Of a stretch of DNA of 64,000 bases, positions 1 to 21,769 are shown piece by piece; position 1 is the stretch's first letter, and the number at the start of each line of letters is the position of its first letter. Origin of the DNA: Antechinus flavipes (Eukaryota); NCBI RefSeq assembly GCF_016432865.1, contig NC_067401.1:190464001-190528000 (forward strand), in the 5' to 3' direction. The position numbers were made by a program, and so were the translations under genes. A model generated the notes under the pieces. That model saw only the letters and a list, made by a program, of their open reading frames with translations. It searched no databases and had not been told where the DNA came from.

Positions 1-338
1 CTCTCTCTCTCTGTCTCAGAATCTGTCTCTTTCTGTGTCTCTGAGTCTGTTTTTCTGTCTCTGTCTCTCCTTCCCAAGCCCATTTAGAACTAAGATAGAT
101 ACAATCAAGTATATCTGATTCCCAATAGCAGAAACAAGATAAAGCAAGAGACTCATGGAACTGGAACATGGAACCTTGGTATTCTAGAACAGCCAGGGTT
201 TAGATTGGAGATGCCTTGGTGTAAAGAATGGAGCAAAAAGTTGACTGGGGGAGAAAGCCAGGAGGATCAAGACTCTTTTTCCAGGTTTTGGGTGATAAAA
301 GGAAGATTCTCAGTAGAAGAGTTTTGTTGTGGTGGTTG

Positions 339-482
339 TTTTTTTTGCTGAGACAATTGGGATTAAGTGACTTGCCCAGGGTCACAAAGGTAGGAAGTGT
401 TAAGAATCTGAGATCACATTTGAACTCAAGTCCTCGTGACTTCAGGACTGGTGCTCTAACCCCTGCGCCACCTAGCCACCCC
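339..482 (-). mobile_element. WSINE1-type short CORE-SINE (marsupial)
   Basis: Reverse complement reads GGGGTGGCTAGGTGGCGCAGGGGTTAGAGCACCAGTCCTGAAGTCACGAGGAC...GGCAAGTCACTTAATCCCAATTGTCTCAGCAAAAAAAA: tRNA-like head, CORE and A-tail of ~140 bp. Confidence 0.85.
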
Positions 483-1752
483 TGTAGAAGCAGAGTTTAA
501 GAGAATTTGAGGTAGAATTTGAGAATGTAAACTAAGAGTGGAATTGTCTAGTTTAGGTTCTTGACTTGCCAAGGAAAGTGGGATTTGAAGTGGGAAAGGA
601 AAGGAAGTAAGGGGAAATCAGGGCTGGGGAAGCTAGGGTGAGGCTGAAGGATCCAAGAAGCAAGGGGTGGGGCTGAGAGGAAGGGGGTGGGGAGTGCTGG
701 ACACTTTGGCCAGGGCAGCTGCAGCGTTTCCGAGTTGCTTCCCAGTTCCTCTTAGTTCCACTTCCAGCTGTTTTCTAGCCATTAAATTCTTTCCAGGCAA
801 GATAAGGGGGCCCGCCCGTCCCACCCGGAACTGGCCAAAGGGAGGAGGTTGAGGGGGGTTGGTGAGGGAGGTGGAGCAAGAAGGAAGCGCTTCAGACAGA
901 CAGGAGCTGGGGAGAACACTAGAATGATGGGAAGACAGAGGATCCCCCTTACTCGGAGGGAATCTCTCACTCAGACTTGGTCCCAACCTCACAAAGCATG
1001 AGCCATGAATTGGAGTTCTGGGTCAAGAGCAAGATTTTGGCATCCCCTCTACTCAGAATCCCCACTCCCTTCCCAAAGACCCAGGGAATCCAGTCCGCTC
1101 CCCACCTCACCCTAGCTCCCTAACTAATCCCTGGCTCTTCCTCAACTCATCTTCCTCATGAGAAACAGAACCCCTCTCAAGTTCCACAAGTCCCAATTCT
1201 TCCATGTCTCCCTAAATCCAGGCATCTGACACACTATCATCAGCTACCTGCCAGTAACCCGGGCATCATCACCTGCCAGTAATCCAGGCATCTACTTTAT
1301 TTATCCATCCCACGTTTCTGATACTGAGCGCAGAAAATGCACCAATCCAGCAAATCCAGCCTCAGGCTCACTACTATTCCCAACTTTACTAGCCTCAGGG
1401 AGCCAGGTGTTCTGCACTTAACCTTTAATTCCCGCCCCACCTCTAGTGCTCTCACCTCCCTCCCAGAATCCAGATCCCTGCTCCTTCCTCTGACTGATTC
1501 CTTCTCAGTTCTTAAGCATTCTCTCACCCGTAGATTTTTCCTGTTCTTCAAAAGCCCATACTTCCATCAAGAATCCAAATAGCCTGTTTGCTTATTTTTG
1601 CTCTGATTCCCTCCACTTCCTGACTAACGGTATTGGTTCTAAGAAGTTCTCTTAGATCATTAAGCTAGGTTACAAAGGTCAAGGGTGCACTCCAACTCCT
1701 CTTTCTTTACCTCCCCGGGTTGTGTCACCATGGAAAGAGGTTTCTTCCTTAC

Positions 1753-1960
1753 CTGGGGGAGCTGGGAGGGTGGCCTGAGGCTGGTTTCTTGAGCCTTTGC
1801 ACCTGCCTTGCTTTCCGTCCTGAAGAAGGCTGAGGGAAGAGCAGCAAGAATTTGGGGTTTCTCTCTAGACACGTCACTCTTCCCTTAGAGCAGAGACTCC
1901 CTAAACTGCATCCGTCCGTCTCAGCAGCAATAGAAAGGAGGAGGGAGCCTGGCAGCAAGC
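1753..1960 (-). other. TNXB: Probable non-coding exon 1 / TSS region of tenascin-X
   Basis: Consensus donor CAG|GTAAG (exon ends 1753) and second donor GAG|GTAAAG at 1711. Purine/pyrimidine-rich, TATA-less promoter-like sequence at 1880-2020. Lies ~5.5 kb past the ATF6B poly(A) signal on the same strand, as recalled for human TNXB. No TNXB coding sequence in the window, so this rests on synteny; upstream boundary is approximate. Confidence 0.5.
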
Positions 1961-3059
1961 AGGGGGAGGAGAAGAGAATGAATTACATTAGGTCAGGGAG
2001 GGGAGAGGAGATAGGGCAGGTCTTTCCTCCCTCTTTTCTCCTCATCCCCTCGGTCAACTGGCCCCTCCCTTGTCTCTTTTCTCCTCTCCCCCTCTTCCTA
2101 TGAAAAATCCCTTATTTTTTTTTTTACCTCATAGTAAGGTCTTCCATGAGTCTTCCTCCTCTCATTGTTTCCCGACTCCAAATCTATCCCCCATTATTTA
2201 TTTTGTCACGCTATCATTTACTCTTCCTCTTCCCACAGTCATTCAATTCAATTAAACAAACATTAATCCCCTTTTCTCAATCCCAGTTTCTTAGTTCCCT
2301 CCCCTACTCCTTTCTCTCATTGGCATCTTTTTTTATTATGCTATAATTTCTTTCCTTCCAAGTGAAGGTTCTCACCACATTCCACTTTTATCCTTTTCTC
2401 CTTCTCTCTTTTCCACCCTAACTTCTTCACACTTAGCTCCCTTACTCCAAATCTGCCTCTCTTTCACCTTTCTTCTCTATCACCATTCTTTACCTGTTCA
2501 AGATTTTCTCCATTTGGCTGACTACCCCCCCAAACACAAACACACACACACTCTCCTGAACTACAATTACATTCCCATATCTCGTTTCATCTTTACTTCA
2601 TGATCCTTCTCCTTTACCTGTCCCTCCCACCACTTTTGACTCTCATTTCTTTCCAAGCTGTCTTCTCACTTTGCTGTCCTTTGTACCTCCTATCCTAAAA
2701 ACCTTTACATTCCGTACTTTCCCTCTTCAGAAGACAGCTGGTGCATATGCATTAAGTCCTTGGACAAAAGCTGGGATACCTAGCACCTGAGAAAAAACTT
2801 GAGACTAAGAATGGCAGGGGGAGATTGACTAGATTGTGACTGTTTAGTGATGGAGCCAGAAATTTAGGGGCAGCACGAATTATGAAAAGGGAATGGACGG
2901 CTATGATCCTGGGGAACAGGAAAATGATAGTTAGCCAATACATATATACTGAAAGATTTGCATATAATCATATGGTAAGTAAATGTAGATGTTGTATGTA
3001 GTATATTGTATGAAGTATGTAGATATTGACTCCTATCATTCTTACAACCCTAAGATGTA

Positions 3060-3186
3060 GATGCTATTACCCCCATTTTATAAGTGGGGAAACTGAGTCA
3101 CAGAGGTGTTAAATGACTTGCCATGGGTCACATAACTAGTAAGGGTCTGAGGCAGAATTTGAAGTCAGGTCTTCTGACTCCAAATC
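3060..3186 (-). mobile_element. MIR/CORE-SINE fragment
   Basis: CORE motif ccccattttata...gaaactgagtcacagag...aaatgacttgcc..ggtcaca. Confidence 0.7.
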
Positions 3187-4936
3187 CTAACAGAAATTGT
3201 GGGGAAGAGAGTGGCAATCAGGGACCATGGAGTAGAACACCCAGATCTTAGGAAGGTTGTTATATGAGAAGAGTACACAATCAGAGGTCAGAACCTTTCT
3301 CTCCAGACATTGTGATGTTTCTCAGGTACCATTTTCCCAGTTGCTCAAGGCTAGTTCTAGGTGATGCTCTTAAGGTTTCCATAGCCCTAAGGGAAATAAA
3401 GGGAATGAATAGAGATCTATTCTCAATACAGGTTGGGGTGGGTTAGGGAACAAATCTTTGTGGAAATGCTGTTTTCTCCAACCTGACATAAATATCATAT
3501 AGGACTTAAACATATGCTTATGTCAGTTTGTGCATAGCATACATCTCAATTCATGTGGAACTCATATGTTCATGTTACTGGTACACGTGTAGCTGGATAT
3601 AGGAGTCTAACCATATTGTGGTCAAATTCACCCAGACAAATGTGTCCAGGATACCATACACGGACACCTCTATGTACAAGGCTGTAGTCTTGCACCCAGT
3701 TTCCCATGTACAAGGACATATGCGTGTGCCAGTCCTCTCATGGGTATTCCTGTGTGTGTGCCTTGGTGTCTGGGTGTGGATGTGTACAGATCATTTTTTC
3801 CTGGCTATGATAGGGAGAACGAAGTCAGCCTCTTGGCCAGCTCCAGCTTCAGCTTCTCTCATGCCTGGCTCTAGTTATCAGAGCCAGGGGGCAAGGTGAC
3901 AGCACTTCCTTTCAACCTTTCCATCCCCATATTATTCTTAGCAAAAAATAAAACTCAAGAAAGATGGATTAAGGACTGGAAGCAATATAGAGTAAAGATC
4001 AGGCTAGGAATACCATATTCTTGCTTGACAGAAGCAGAAATTGGGAGAGATGGTGATAGGAAGCTGTCAAGGTAAGAAGTGAAAATACCAAAAGAAAACA
4101 GTGCTTGACCTAGATGGAGGGAAGATACCAGAGACTAAGAAGGGATTTAGGTAGGACATCATAAATTTCTGGGAGAGAGTATCTGGGAAGAGAAATTAAT
4201 GATGGAGAGCTAGGAAAAGAATGAACAGAATTTCTAATGGAGAATAGGGTTTGAGGTAGGGGGGAATGACAGGCTGGAACAGCAGAGGCAGTGCCTCTGA
4301 GATTGAATGCCTAAATCCTTTCAGAGTAGAGTGTCACTTCTGGGATCTGGGATCTGGTTAATGGAGCTTCCTAGGTAGTTGCTAGAATAACTGGAAGCTG
4401 GAGGTGTAATTGAGAAATCTCATTTTTGTAAAGGACCTCAAGAATTCTATAATATAGGAACCTCAATGTTACCCAGCTTCTGCTTGTAGAGAACCCACTA
4501 TTTCCTGATTAAGTCCATTCCACTTTGGGATAGCTGTGATTGTTAAATAGTTTTTCTTTACAAGTTCAAATCTTTTCTGGATTTCATGTCTTTGTGGGTC
4601 TTGGTCCAGGGCTCTCCAGGTCTGGAATGCCACTATTGTTCATTTGTTCTCCTCCTAGGTTTCTGCTCTGACCACAAAGGGAGAGGAGAGTCAGATTGAT
4701 TGGTATAGAAATTCAGAAGACAGATGCAAAGATAAGAAAAGGGAAGAGATGTTAGAGGAAGAAAAGAACATAGGGATCAAGAGGTAAAGGAAAGAAAAGA
4801 GAGGAGTAGATGCAATATAGAGAAAGAAGAGGGAAAAGGCCCAAAGTAGAAAATGAAGAGAAAAAGTCCTCCAAAAGGAAGTAGAACTAGTGTGAGATTT
4901 CCTATAAGATGACCACTGAGAGAAAAAAAGGGACCA

Positions 4937-5073
4937 TTTTTTTTTTTTTGCTGAGGCAAGTGATTTGAGGGTCACACAACTAGGAAGTGTTAAGTGTTTA
5001 AGATCAGAGTTTGAACTCGGGTCCTCCTGACTTCATGGCTGGTGCTCTATCCACCGTGCCACCTAGTTGCCCC
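4937..5073 (-). mobile_element. WSINE1 with short TSD (GGACCA)
   Basis: T14 tail, WSINE1 body with small internal deletion; GGACCA at 4931-4936 and 5075-5080. Confidence 0.85.
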
Positions 5074-6546
5074 AGGACCAAAATTTCAAGTGAAAGATTT
5101 GACTAAAATGAGCCTTATTATAGCAATGAGAAATAAGACAATTAGCTTAAATGAAATTGGTTTCTTTTTAGCCTCACCTAAGCGGGGTCTATCTAGGGAC
5201 AGGAAATCTGACTCTTATTTTACTCTTTAAAGAAGGAGTAAGATAAATTAAAGGAATTTTCTTAGTAAAGAGAAAGAAATTAAAAGAACTGCAAGGAGTT
5301 GAGAGAAAATAGATTAAGGGGAGAAAGAGTAGAGTTAAAAGGCTAGAAAAAAAGAAAAGTAACAGAAGGAATGTTGGATCCTTAGGATTGATTCCCTAAA
5401 TCCAGGGAAATGAGTATGGGGGAGAATCTCAATTTTGTGACAAATTAAAGTCGCACAATTGTTTTCTTCTTTGCTGTGAGGAGGATGGGCGCTCATATTT
5501 ACCAGAGGACCCCGGTCGCTGTGGCAACCACACATCTGGGCCCTGGAATCCAGATGTGGTGTATCCAGAAGCCATAGCAGAGCGATGAGGCAAACATTGG
5601 GCGTCTTAGTACTGGCCCCCACAGCTGGGAAGGGGACAGGGGATTGGAGTGGGGAGGGGTGAGTTGGGAGATGGAGAAAGAACAGAAGTGAAAGGAAAGA
5701 ACCAGAAAAGAATAAGGGAGATAGCACAAAGAAATAGACAGGGTGAAAAGGGATTTACTGAGAGAAAAAAGTAATTTAGGGGAAGAAAAGGGAAGAAGCA
5801 GAGAAAGGAAAATCTCTAGGAAGAATAGAGGAAACAGGTAAGAAAAGGAATGAAGGAGAATAGCAAATTCAAAGTGAGGAAAATACTGGAGAGGGGAAAA
5901 TCAAAATATCAAGAAAAAGCAGGGAAAAGATATGAATTTATCAAGTGATGATGGACTAAAAGGAAAAAAGGCAGGAGGTGCTAGAAGAAGAGATAACTGC
6001 CATAGCAACAATCAATGTGGAGTGAGGAACTAAACAAGAGAAAGGACAGGATAGAAAGGGAAAGGAGGTGAGGGTGTGTGCATTACTGCTTCCCCCAGCC
6101 TGAAAGAAGAGAGTTGGTAGGGTCCAGCCTCCAAAAATGATGGAAACAGAAGAAAAACTGATAGAGATGTTCTGTGTTCATAGTGGGTTAACTTTTGTCC
6201 ACCTCCAAATTGCCCCTCTCCTCCTCCATAGCTTTTGTCTCCAAAAAGACCCACTAACCCTGACCACTCCTTTCCAGGGCTATCACCCATTTGTCATCAA
6301 CTAGTATAAAGTACTAATGACTGGGTGAGGGAACAGGAAGAAAGGAAATGTATTTAGGGAAAGGAAGAATGTTGGGCCTAAAGAAGTAAAAGGTGACAGG
6401 GAAGAAATGAAAAGGGGAAAAAAAAGAATATGAGGGACAAAGTATTTGGAAGAAAAAGGGCAAGGGGACAATGGGAAAGGGGGTGAAAAGCCAGAGAGGC
6501 CTTTCTGAGAAAAAAGAGATCTAGTTCCTGGGAGCCCCTGTTCCAG

Positions 6547-6565
6547 GTTGCCATGGTTACCCAAT
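6547..6565. promoter_or_regulatory. RFX X-box directly followed by CCAAT
   Basis: GTTGCCATGGTTAC (reverse complement GTAACCATGGCAAC, canonical X-box) at 6547-6560; CCAAT at 6561-6565. Motif match only. Confidence 0.4.
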
Positions 6566-7446
6566 CTGTTTTCACCCCAAACATGTATTTTTTTGTTGGG
6601 GGAGATGATATAGAGGCAGAATTTGGTTGGACACATGAGGTCCTGTCCCTCCCCTGTAGACTTGGGCTCCAGTCCCGGGGTGGATCATGTCCAGTCTTAC
6701 AGGCTTCCAGCCCAGCCCAGCCCAGCCTACAGGCTCTTTCTGACCTAGGATAATTCAGCATGGTCATGTCCCCAGAGGTGGTTCATAGGAACAACTGAAT
6801 AGAATTTGGCCCTCTCCCATCAAACTTCTCTTTTTTCACTCTCAAATCCCCCCCTTTCCCAGCCAGGGCTGACAATGTATTTTGTACTACTCCAATTATT
6901 TCCCCCTCTCTACTCCTGGGGCTCCAACTCTCAAGTGCAAATCTACCCCACCCTACTCCGAATCTCACACACTACCCCCTAGTAGCCACTCCTTCCCAAG
7001 CACAGATCCCTCTGGCCTCTTTTAATTGTTTGTCTAGGCACAAAGGTTTGAGTGACTGTGGGAGGCAGGATCTATCCTAGTGTAGGGACCCAATGACTAG
7101 TCACAAGGGGTGGAGATATCCCAATTCCATCCTGTTTATACAAACAGTCCAGGATTGTGCATCCATCAGTTTGTCAGTTCTGAGGACACTTTCTTTTCCT
7201 TTCCCCACACCCTGTATTAGAGCTAGACATAGCTCATGGCAGGGGGGAGGAATGAGGATGACAGAAGGAGGTAGGTGATGACATTAGGTTTGAGATGATA
7301 CACCCACCCCACCCCATATCCAGCTGTCTTTCTGTTTTTCTCTCTGCTTATGAATACACCCGCTGGAGTACTGAATACACTTTTCCCCTAAAGCCCAAAT
7401 GAAAACCCAGGAAGGAAAGCACTATTCCTTCACTCCCTCTCAGTTG

Positions 7447-7452
7447 TTTATT
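7447..7452 (-). terminator. ATF6B: ATF6B polyadenylation signal AATAAA
   Basis: TTTATT on + strand ~340 nt past the stop codon. Confidence 0.7.
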
Positions 7453-7788
7453 TAATAATAAAAAAGAACACACAAACATCAATTACCTCTCAATCATCCC
7501 CTTTCCCCTTTTCCCCCCAATAATTTCCCCACAAAATGTAAAAACTTTAGTCCCACCTGGGGACTAACTTCCATCCCCAACACTGGAGAAATAGCAGAAT
7601 AAAAGGTATGTGCAGGAGCCCACCCAAAAAAAAAAAAAAAAATGGAACTTTTGTACAGAAAAGGGAACTAGATAGAAGTTACAGTTCCACCCTCAAATAA
7701 GTGCCTTATAAATGTCAAACCCTGAAGTAGAGATTCTCATTCTCTAATCTCTCATTCTCAGCTTTCAGTCAATCCAAGTCAGAGCTGT

Positions 7789-17119
<9,331 letters not shown>

Positions 17120-18669
17120 TTTCCCCCGCCCCCCCCAACCCGGAGCCGGCTCGAAGCCCCACCCTCTTTCACCAATATAGACCAATCACAACACAATTAT
17201 GACCCTTTCTTCCCCGGAAGTCAATTTGACTAATAAAATGTTTCAATGCTTAGTGGAGCCAATAGGAGCGAGGCTCTTGTGTCTCTGGGGTAATAGGAAC
17301 TATACAGGGGGAAAAAAAAAACTAGATGGGGAAGCCTAAGTGGCATGTCGTGCATGAGTAGCATCCTTCAAGAGTAAGAACCTCATTGGAGCAAATATTT
17401 TGAGATATATAGCTAGGTCATCTTGGGAATTGTAGTGACCTTCTCCCCAACTCCTTTAGCCTTAGAGAAGATGCAGGAAACCGCAAGGAATTTGGGGTTT
17501 GGGATTCCAATTTCTTGACTACCAGGTGTCACACGTGCCTGGATTTTGTGAAAGTTGTAGTTTTCGGGAGTTAAGAGGTCGTTTCCTCCTTGGTTATTTT
17601 TTATCTCTTGGTTTCTCTCACAAATAATGTGTAAAAAATCTTTTTTTAAAAATTTCCTCCTCCTCTTCCTCTCCCCCCCCCCTTCCTCCTTTTTTTTCAA
17701 AATTCATTGTTGGAAGGAACTTCATAAGGCAGAAAATTCTTATCTGAATTAGAATCGAATAAGAATCTGCAAGCTTGGCTTGCAGACCTAAAGGAATATG
17801 GCGAGGCGGAGGGTGGGGGTGGGGGGAGAAGTGGAGCGGAAAAGAGGGTGTTGGTTCTCTACTGGTGACTCGGCTTCCTTCAAATCTCAATTAAAATTCC
17901 ACCTTCTGCAAAAAGTTTTTCTTTGTGCTCATTAATGCTGGTCTCTCTCAATGAGATTATCTTTAATTAGCCTCGCTTGTAAATTACTGTCTCTGCATTA
18001 AAATGTAAGCTTGAGAACAAAAAAAATGTTTTTGCCTTTGTATCTCTACTTATTGAAATGCCTTACACATGTTAAATGCTTGTGGACGGACCTATCCTTT
18101 CTAGCCCTGAGTATGGTTGAATGTAGTCTCTGAGGTGCCTTCTAATTCTGAATCTTTATGATAATTCTCAAAACAGCCTGGACTACTTCTGGACAGCTCT
18201 GATTTTGAAAATGTTTACTTACGTTGAACTAAAATCTACTTCTCAACAATTTTCACCTATTGCCCCGTAATTGTGCACTCTGAAATCAATAGTTGCTCCT
18301 CTTGATTGCTCTTTAGATACTTGAAGAGAACTATTACAATCCCTTCAGTGTTCTTCTCACATTGATTCTTCTGTATGTACTACTCACCCCGTCTCTACTG
18401 TGGGCTTCCCTCTCCCTCCTCCTCCCCCTTCTGGCTTTAGGCTTGCTATCCCTCCAGGGTGATTCTTCCTAAATTTTTAGCCGTTATCCAATTATATAAA
18501 TACTTACTGGGGGCCCATTTTTGTGCAAGGACAAGTTTATAGTCAAAATGAACTTTATACAAAGGGAAATGAGATGCAGTTGAGAGTAAAGACTAGAGCT
18601 TATACTTATAAGCAAATCAAGACCTTAAGAAAATTAGAATAGAAGATAACACCAAGTGATTAAGTATTA

Positions 18670-18930
18670 TTGTTGTGTTTGTAGTTGTTTTGTCCTACAG
18701 GAAGGTGATACCTTGACATGCAAGTGAATTGGATTTAAGTGAGGGAGGGATGTGCAAGGGTCACCTGCCTCACCGCTCCAAAGCCATCTGGGTCCAATGA
18801 CTAGATAAGAATCAGAACAACTTCAGATGGCTCTGGATGCAATGAGAGACCTTGGCCTTTTTAAGGTAAGGCCTTCAACAGGTCTCAGTTTGAAGCGGCA
18901 CCCAGTCAGTGGTTAAGGCCAGATAGCAAC
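18670..18930 (-). mobile_element. Marsupial SINE fragment (Mar3-like)
   Basis: Motif ccttgacatgcaagtgaattggatttaagtgagg...gaccttggcc, recalled as a common marsupial SINE; family uncertain. Confidence 0.45.
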
Positions 18931-20476
18931 TGTCAACAAAGAATCTCCTCTTTTGCTTGTTTAAAAAAAAAAAAAAATCTAAAAATCTGGAAGGGGAACT
19001 TATCGGAATTTATGGTACGTCCTGAAATTATGACTTACTAAATGTTTCTCCCCACCTTGTCTTTGTTTCCCTGATAGTTGGAGTTCTATACAATTCTCTG
19101 GAATTAATTGCTGGAGTCTAGATGTTTTGAGACAAGAGTCCAATTCATCTGGCTGGCTATGGCTAGTATGACTTTGCTAGTCCAAATTCTCCACTATTAA
19201 AATATTAAAAAATTAAATTAAAATAAAAAAATATAAAAATTACTTTCTTCAGCATTGCTGGCAAAGGTTATAATATAGACTGACAATTTGAATAATACTT
19301 CACTGGCATTTTCTCTGTGTTAAGAGAAATCAAAGAAGGTTCCACCCCATTTTGTGGACCTCTTGTGGTAAACAAAGGAGGCCATGGAAAAAAAGTGGCT
19401 CAAGATGAGCAGGGATGAATGGTTGTGATCAGCACCATTGGGTAGGAAATACCAAATCAATGAGATTATAGATTCTCTTGAATATATATAAGGTTCTTTG
19501 GATAGACTGACAACAAAACAAAAAAAAATGACAATTTCTGGAAGCTTTACTGCATGTTTACAGATAAAGAACTAAAAGATAATTTGAGGAGAGAGAATTA
19601 ACAACTAAAGAGAATTTTTAAAAAGGCTTTATGTCAGACATGGCACCTAAGACTGCTCCTTATATCAAGTTAGTTATTCTAAGAGCTAAAGAGGGAACAC
19701 ATTCCAGTTTTAAGAAACAGATATCCTGTGTGAAGAGACAGAGGCATGAAAAGACATGTTAAGTTCAAAAACTTGTTAATAGGCCAGTTTTGCTGGAATG
19801 TAGAGTTCAAGGAGAATAATAAAAATATAAAGTCCATAAATGTTAGTGAAGGCAGATTTTCAAAGGATTTAAACATCAAAGCTAAAGAGTTTGTTCTTTC
19901 TCCTAGGGACTGCTAAGGGAACAACTGCAGATATTTTATGCAAGGCTGTGTGGTCAGATCTGTGTTGATCAAGAATAGGGAGCCTGAGAAACAGTGATAT
20001 AACCATTGTAAAAAGTATGATGAACAATTAAGGGAAAATATAGGATTGTAGTAGAACAGTGAGGTTTCAGGTGAGATCAGAGTAGATAATATAAATTTGC
20101 AGTAGGTTCAGTCTCTGAATTTAATATTGACTGGAAGACAAGACAGGTAATGAAATGAATTCTGGCCATGGAGTAGCAAATCAGAAGTGGCTATGATTCA
20201 AGTAGAAAATAGTAGTATATTATTGAACTGGCCAATCATAGGCTCAAGATTGTGAAGAGAGAAAAATGAAACCAGAACACAGAAAAAAGGGAAGGAATGG
20301 AAGCTGAAAGGGGAAATAGTATTTCTCCAGGCCAGCAAATCAGAAGATGGAATATGAAATTAAATCCAATAAGCCTTTTCTCTTCTAAATTCATGTGACT
20401 CCAAAGTCTTTTTTCTATTAGCACAGACCACAAATTACATCAGTTTCTTTTTTCTGTTTTAAGTTCTGATTTTTAA

Positions 20477-21535
20477 TTAGCCAAACATCTTTCGAAGACC
20501 CCGAGCCAGCCCTGCATCCTGTTCTCTCCCCCTAATCACCACCCTCCCCAACTCCTCTCTGGCAGCCCGGTTTCCTGGTTCTACCTCCAGCACCCTCCGT
20601 AGATCATCAGCAGCTCCATCCAGTTCCCCAAAGGCAGCCCGGGCTACTCCCCTTCTGTATAGTGCCTTCACATGTCTTGGGTCTCGTTCTAGTACTCGGT
20701 CACAGCTCTGAGCTGCCAAGGTAGGCTGTCCTAGTTGCAGCTGACAGGCAGCTAGATTGGCATGAAGGATGGTTCTGTCTGGAGGGCCAGGTGGGGGTAG
20801 AGTCATCAACAGCCGTAGAGCTCGGCTATAGCATCTAGCAGCTGCCTCAGGGTTCCCGGCTCTGAATAATTCTGTGCCCCTAGCTCGCTCTTCTGAAGCT
20901 AACTCTTCTTTCTCCCTAACTGACAACTCCCAAGAGTCCTTGCCCATGGTGAAAGAGGCCAGGGTGATCAGGGCAGGGGGCTCAGCTCCACCAGGGAGCA
21001 AGAGCTCTGCCTGTTCACCTGAACACATGGTTTCCAGGCATTTCTCCAACACCTCTCCCCAGAGACTGTCTCTCCAGGGCCCTGATCCCACAGTTAGTTC
21101 TGTCCAGCCTTCAGGCAGACCTACTCCAGGGGGAAGCCCAGATACTAGAACCTGGCACTGGGAGCCCCCCTTGGGTTTGTCCAAACCTTGGCCCTGGACC
21201 ATGATCCTCTTGACAAAGCTCCCATCAGGGCAATGCCAGAGAATAGGAGACTGGAGTGGCTCTGCAATCTCATTGCTGGATCGGCAATGCTCCAGAGGAT
21301 CTCCTCTCATACCAGCAGGAGCTCTGTCAAGCCCTTGAGGATCCTCTGTTTGAGGAATCAGTGGGTCCGAGTCTGCAGCGGAGAGGGCTTCAGCAGGCAG
21401 GGCTCCAGAATCCAGGGCCAAGTCTTCTCTGGAGCTGTCAAGCCCCTGCTGAACTTCCTGCTGTTGAAGAATGTCTTTCTCTCCTAGTAGAGTGCTTGAG
21501 GCCAACTTCAATGAGCTCTGGCTCTTCTTCTCCAT
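20477..21535 (-). CDS. FKBPL: FK506-binding protein-like (FKBP-like region + TPR repeats), 352 aa, single coding exon
   Basis: DGSFVKRI...GLDKPKGGS, TPR motifs ARGTELFRAGNPEAAARCY, LHANLAACQLQLG, KALYRRGVARA, ends GLRKMFG*. The ORF-track start at 21625 lies in the intron (acceptor tttttag|GTG at 21602); first exonic in-frame ATG is 21535. Confidence 0.95.
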   Translation of the reverse strand: MEKKSQSSLKLASSTLLGEKDILQQQEVQQGLDSSREDLALDSGALPAEALSAADSDPLIPQTEDPQGLDRAPAGMRGDPLEHCRSSNEIAEPLQSPILWHCPDGSFVKRIMVQGQGLDKPKGGSQCQVLVSGLPPGVGLPEGWTELTVGSGPWRDSLWGEVLEKCLETMCSGEQAELLLPGGAEPPALITLASFTMGKDSWELSVREKEELASEERARGTELFRAGNPEAAARCYSRALRLLMTLPPPGPPDRTILHANLAACQLQLGQPTLAAQSCDRVLERDPRHVKALYRRGVARAAFGELDGAADDLRRVLEVEPGNRAAREELGRVVIRGREQDAGLARGLRKMFG

Positions 21536-21769
21536 CTTGGATAGGGATTCCAGATTGAGGGATTGAGGAGTACTCTTTAGGGCCTCGGTCTCAGATCTGC
21601 ACCTAAAAAAGAAAATCAGAGTCATGAATGAATTCAGAATACGCTCTTATGCCTCCTTCTGCGTCATGGGCATCTTTTTTTTCCCCCCTCCCCAAAATCT
21701 TCTGCTTGTACTATCTCCTGGTCCTCTGAAATAAACAGGTTCACACTTGTTCAGCCTGCCTCCGACAGC

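Noticed and set aside
17161-17270. ERSE (CCAAT-N9-CCACG) autoregulatory element in the ATF6B promoter
   Set aside because: None of the three CCAAT boxes is followed by CCACG at 9-nt spacing.
20874-21558. Several + strand ORFs antisense to FKBPL
   Set aside because: Shadow ORFs of a GC-rich coding exon.
21536-21625. 30-aa N-terminal extension of FKBPL from the ORF track
   Set aside because: The ATG at 21625 is upstream of a strong acceptor at 21602, so it is intronic.
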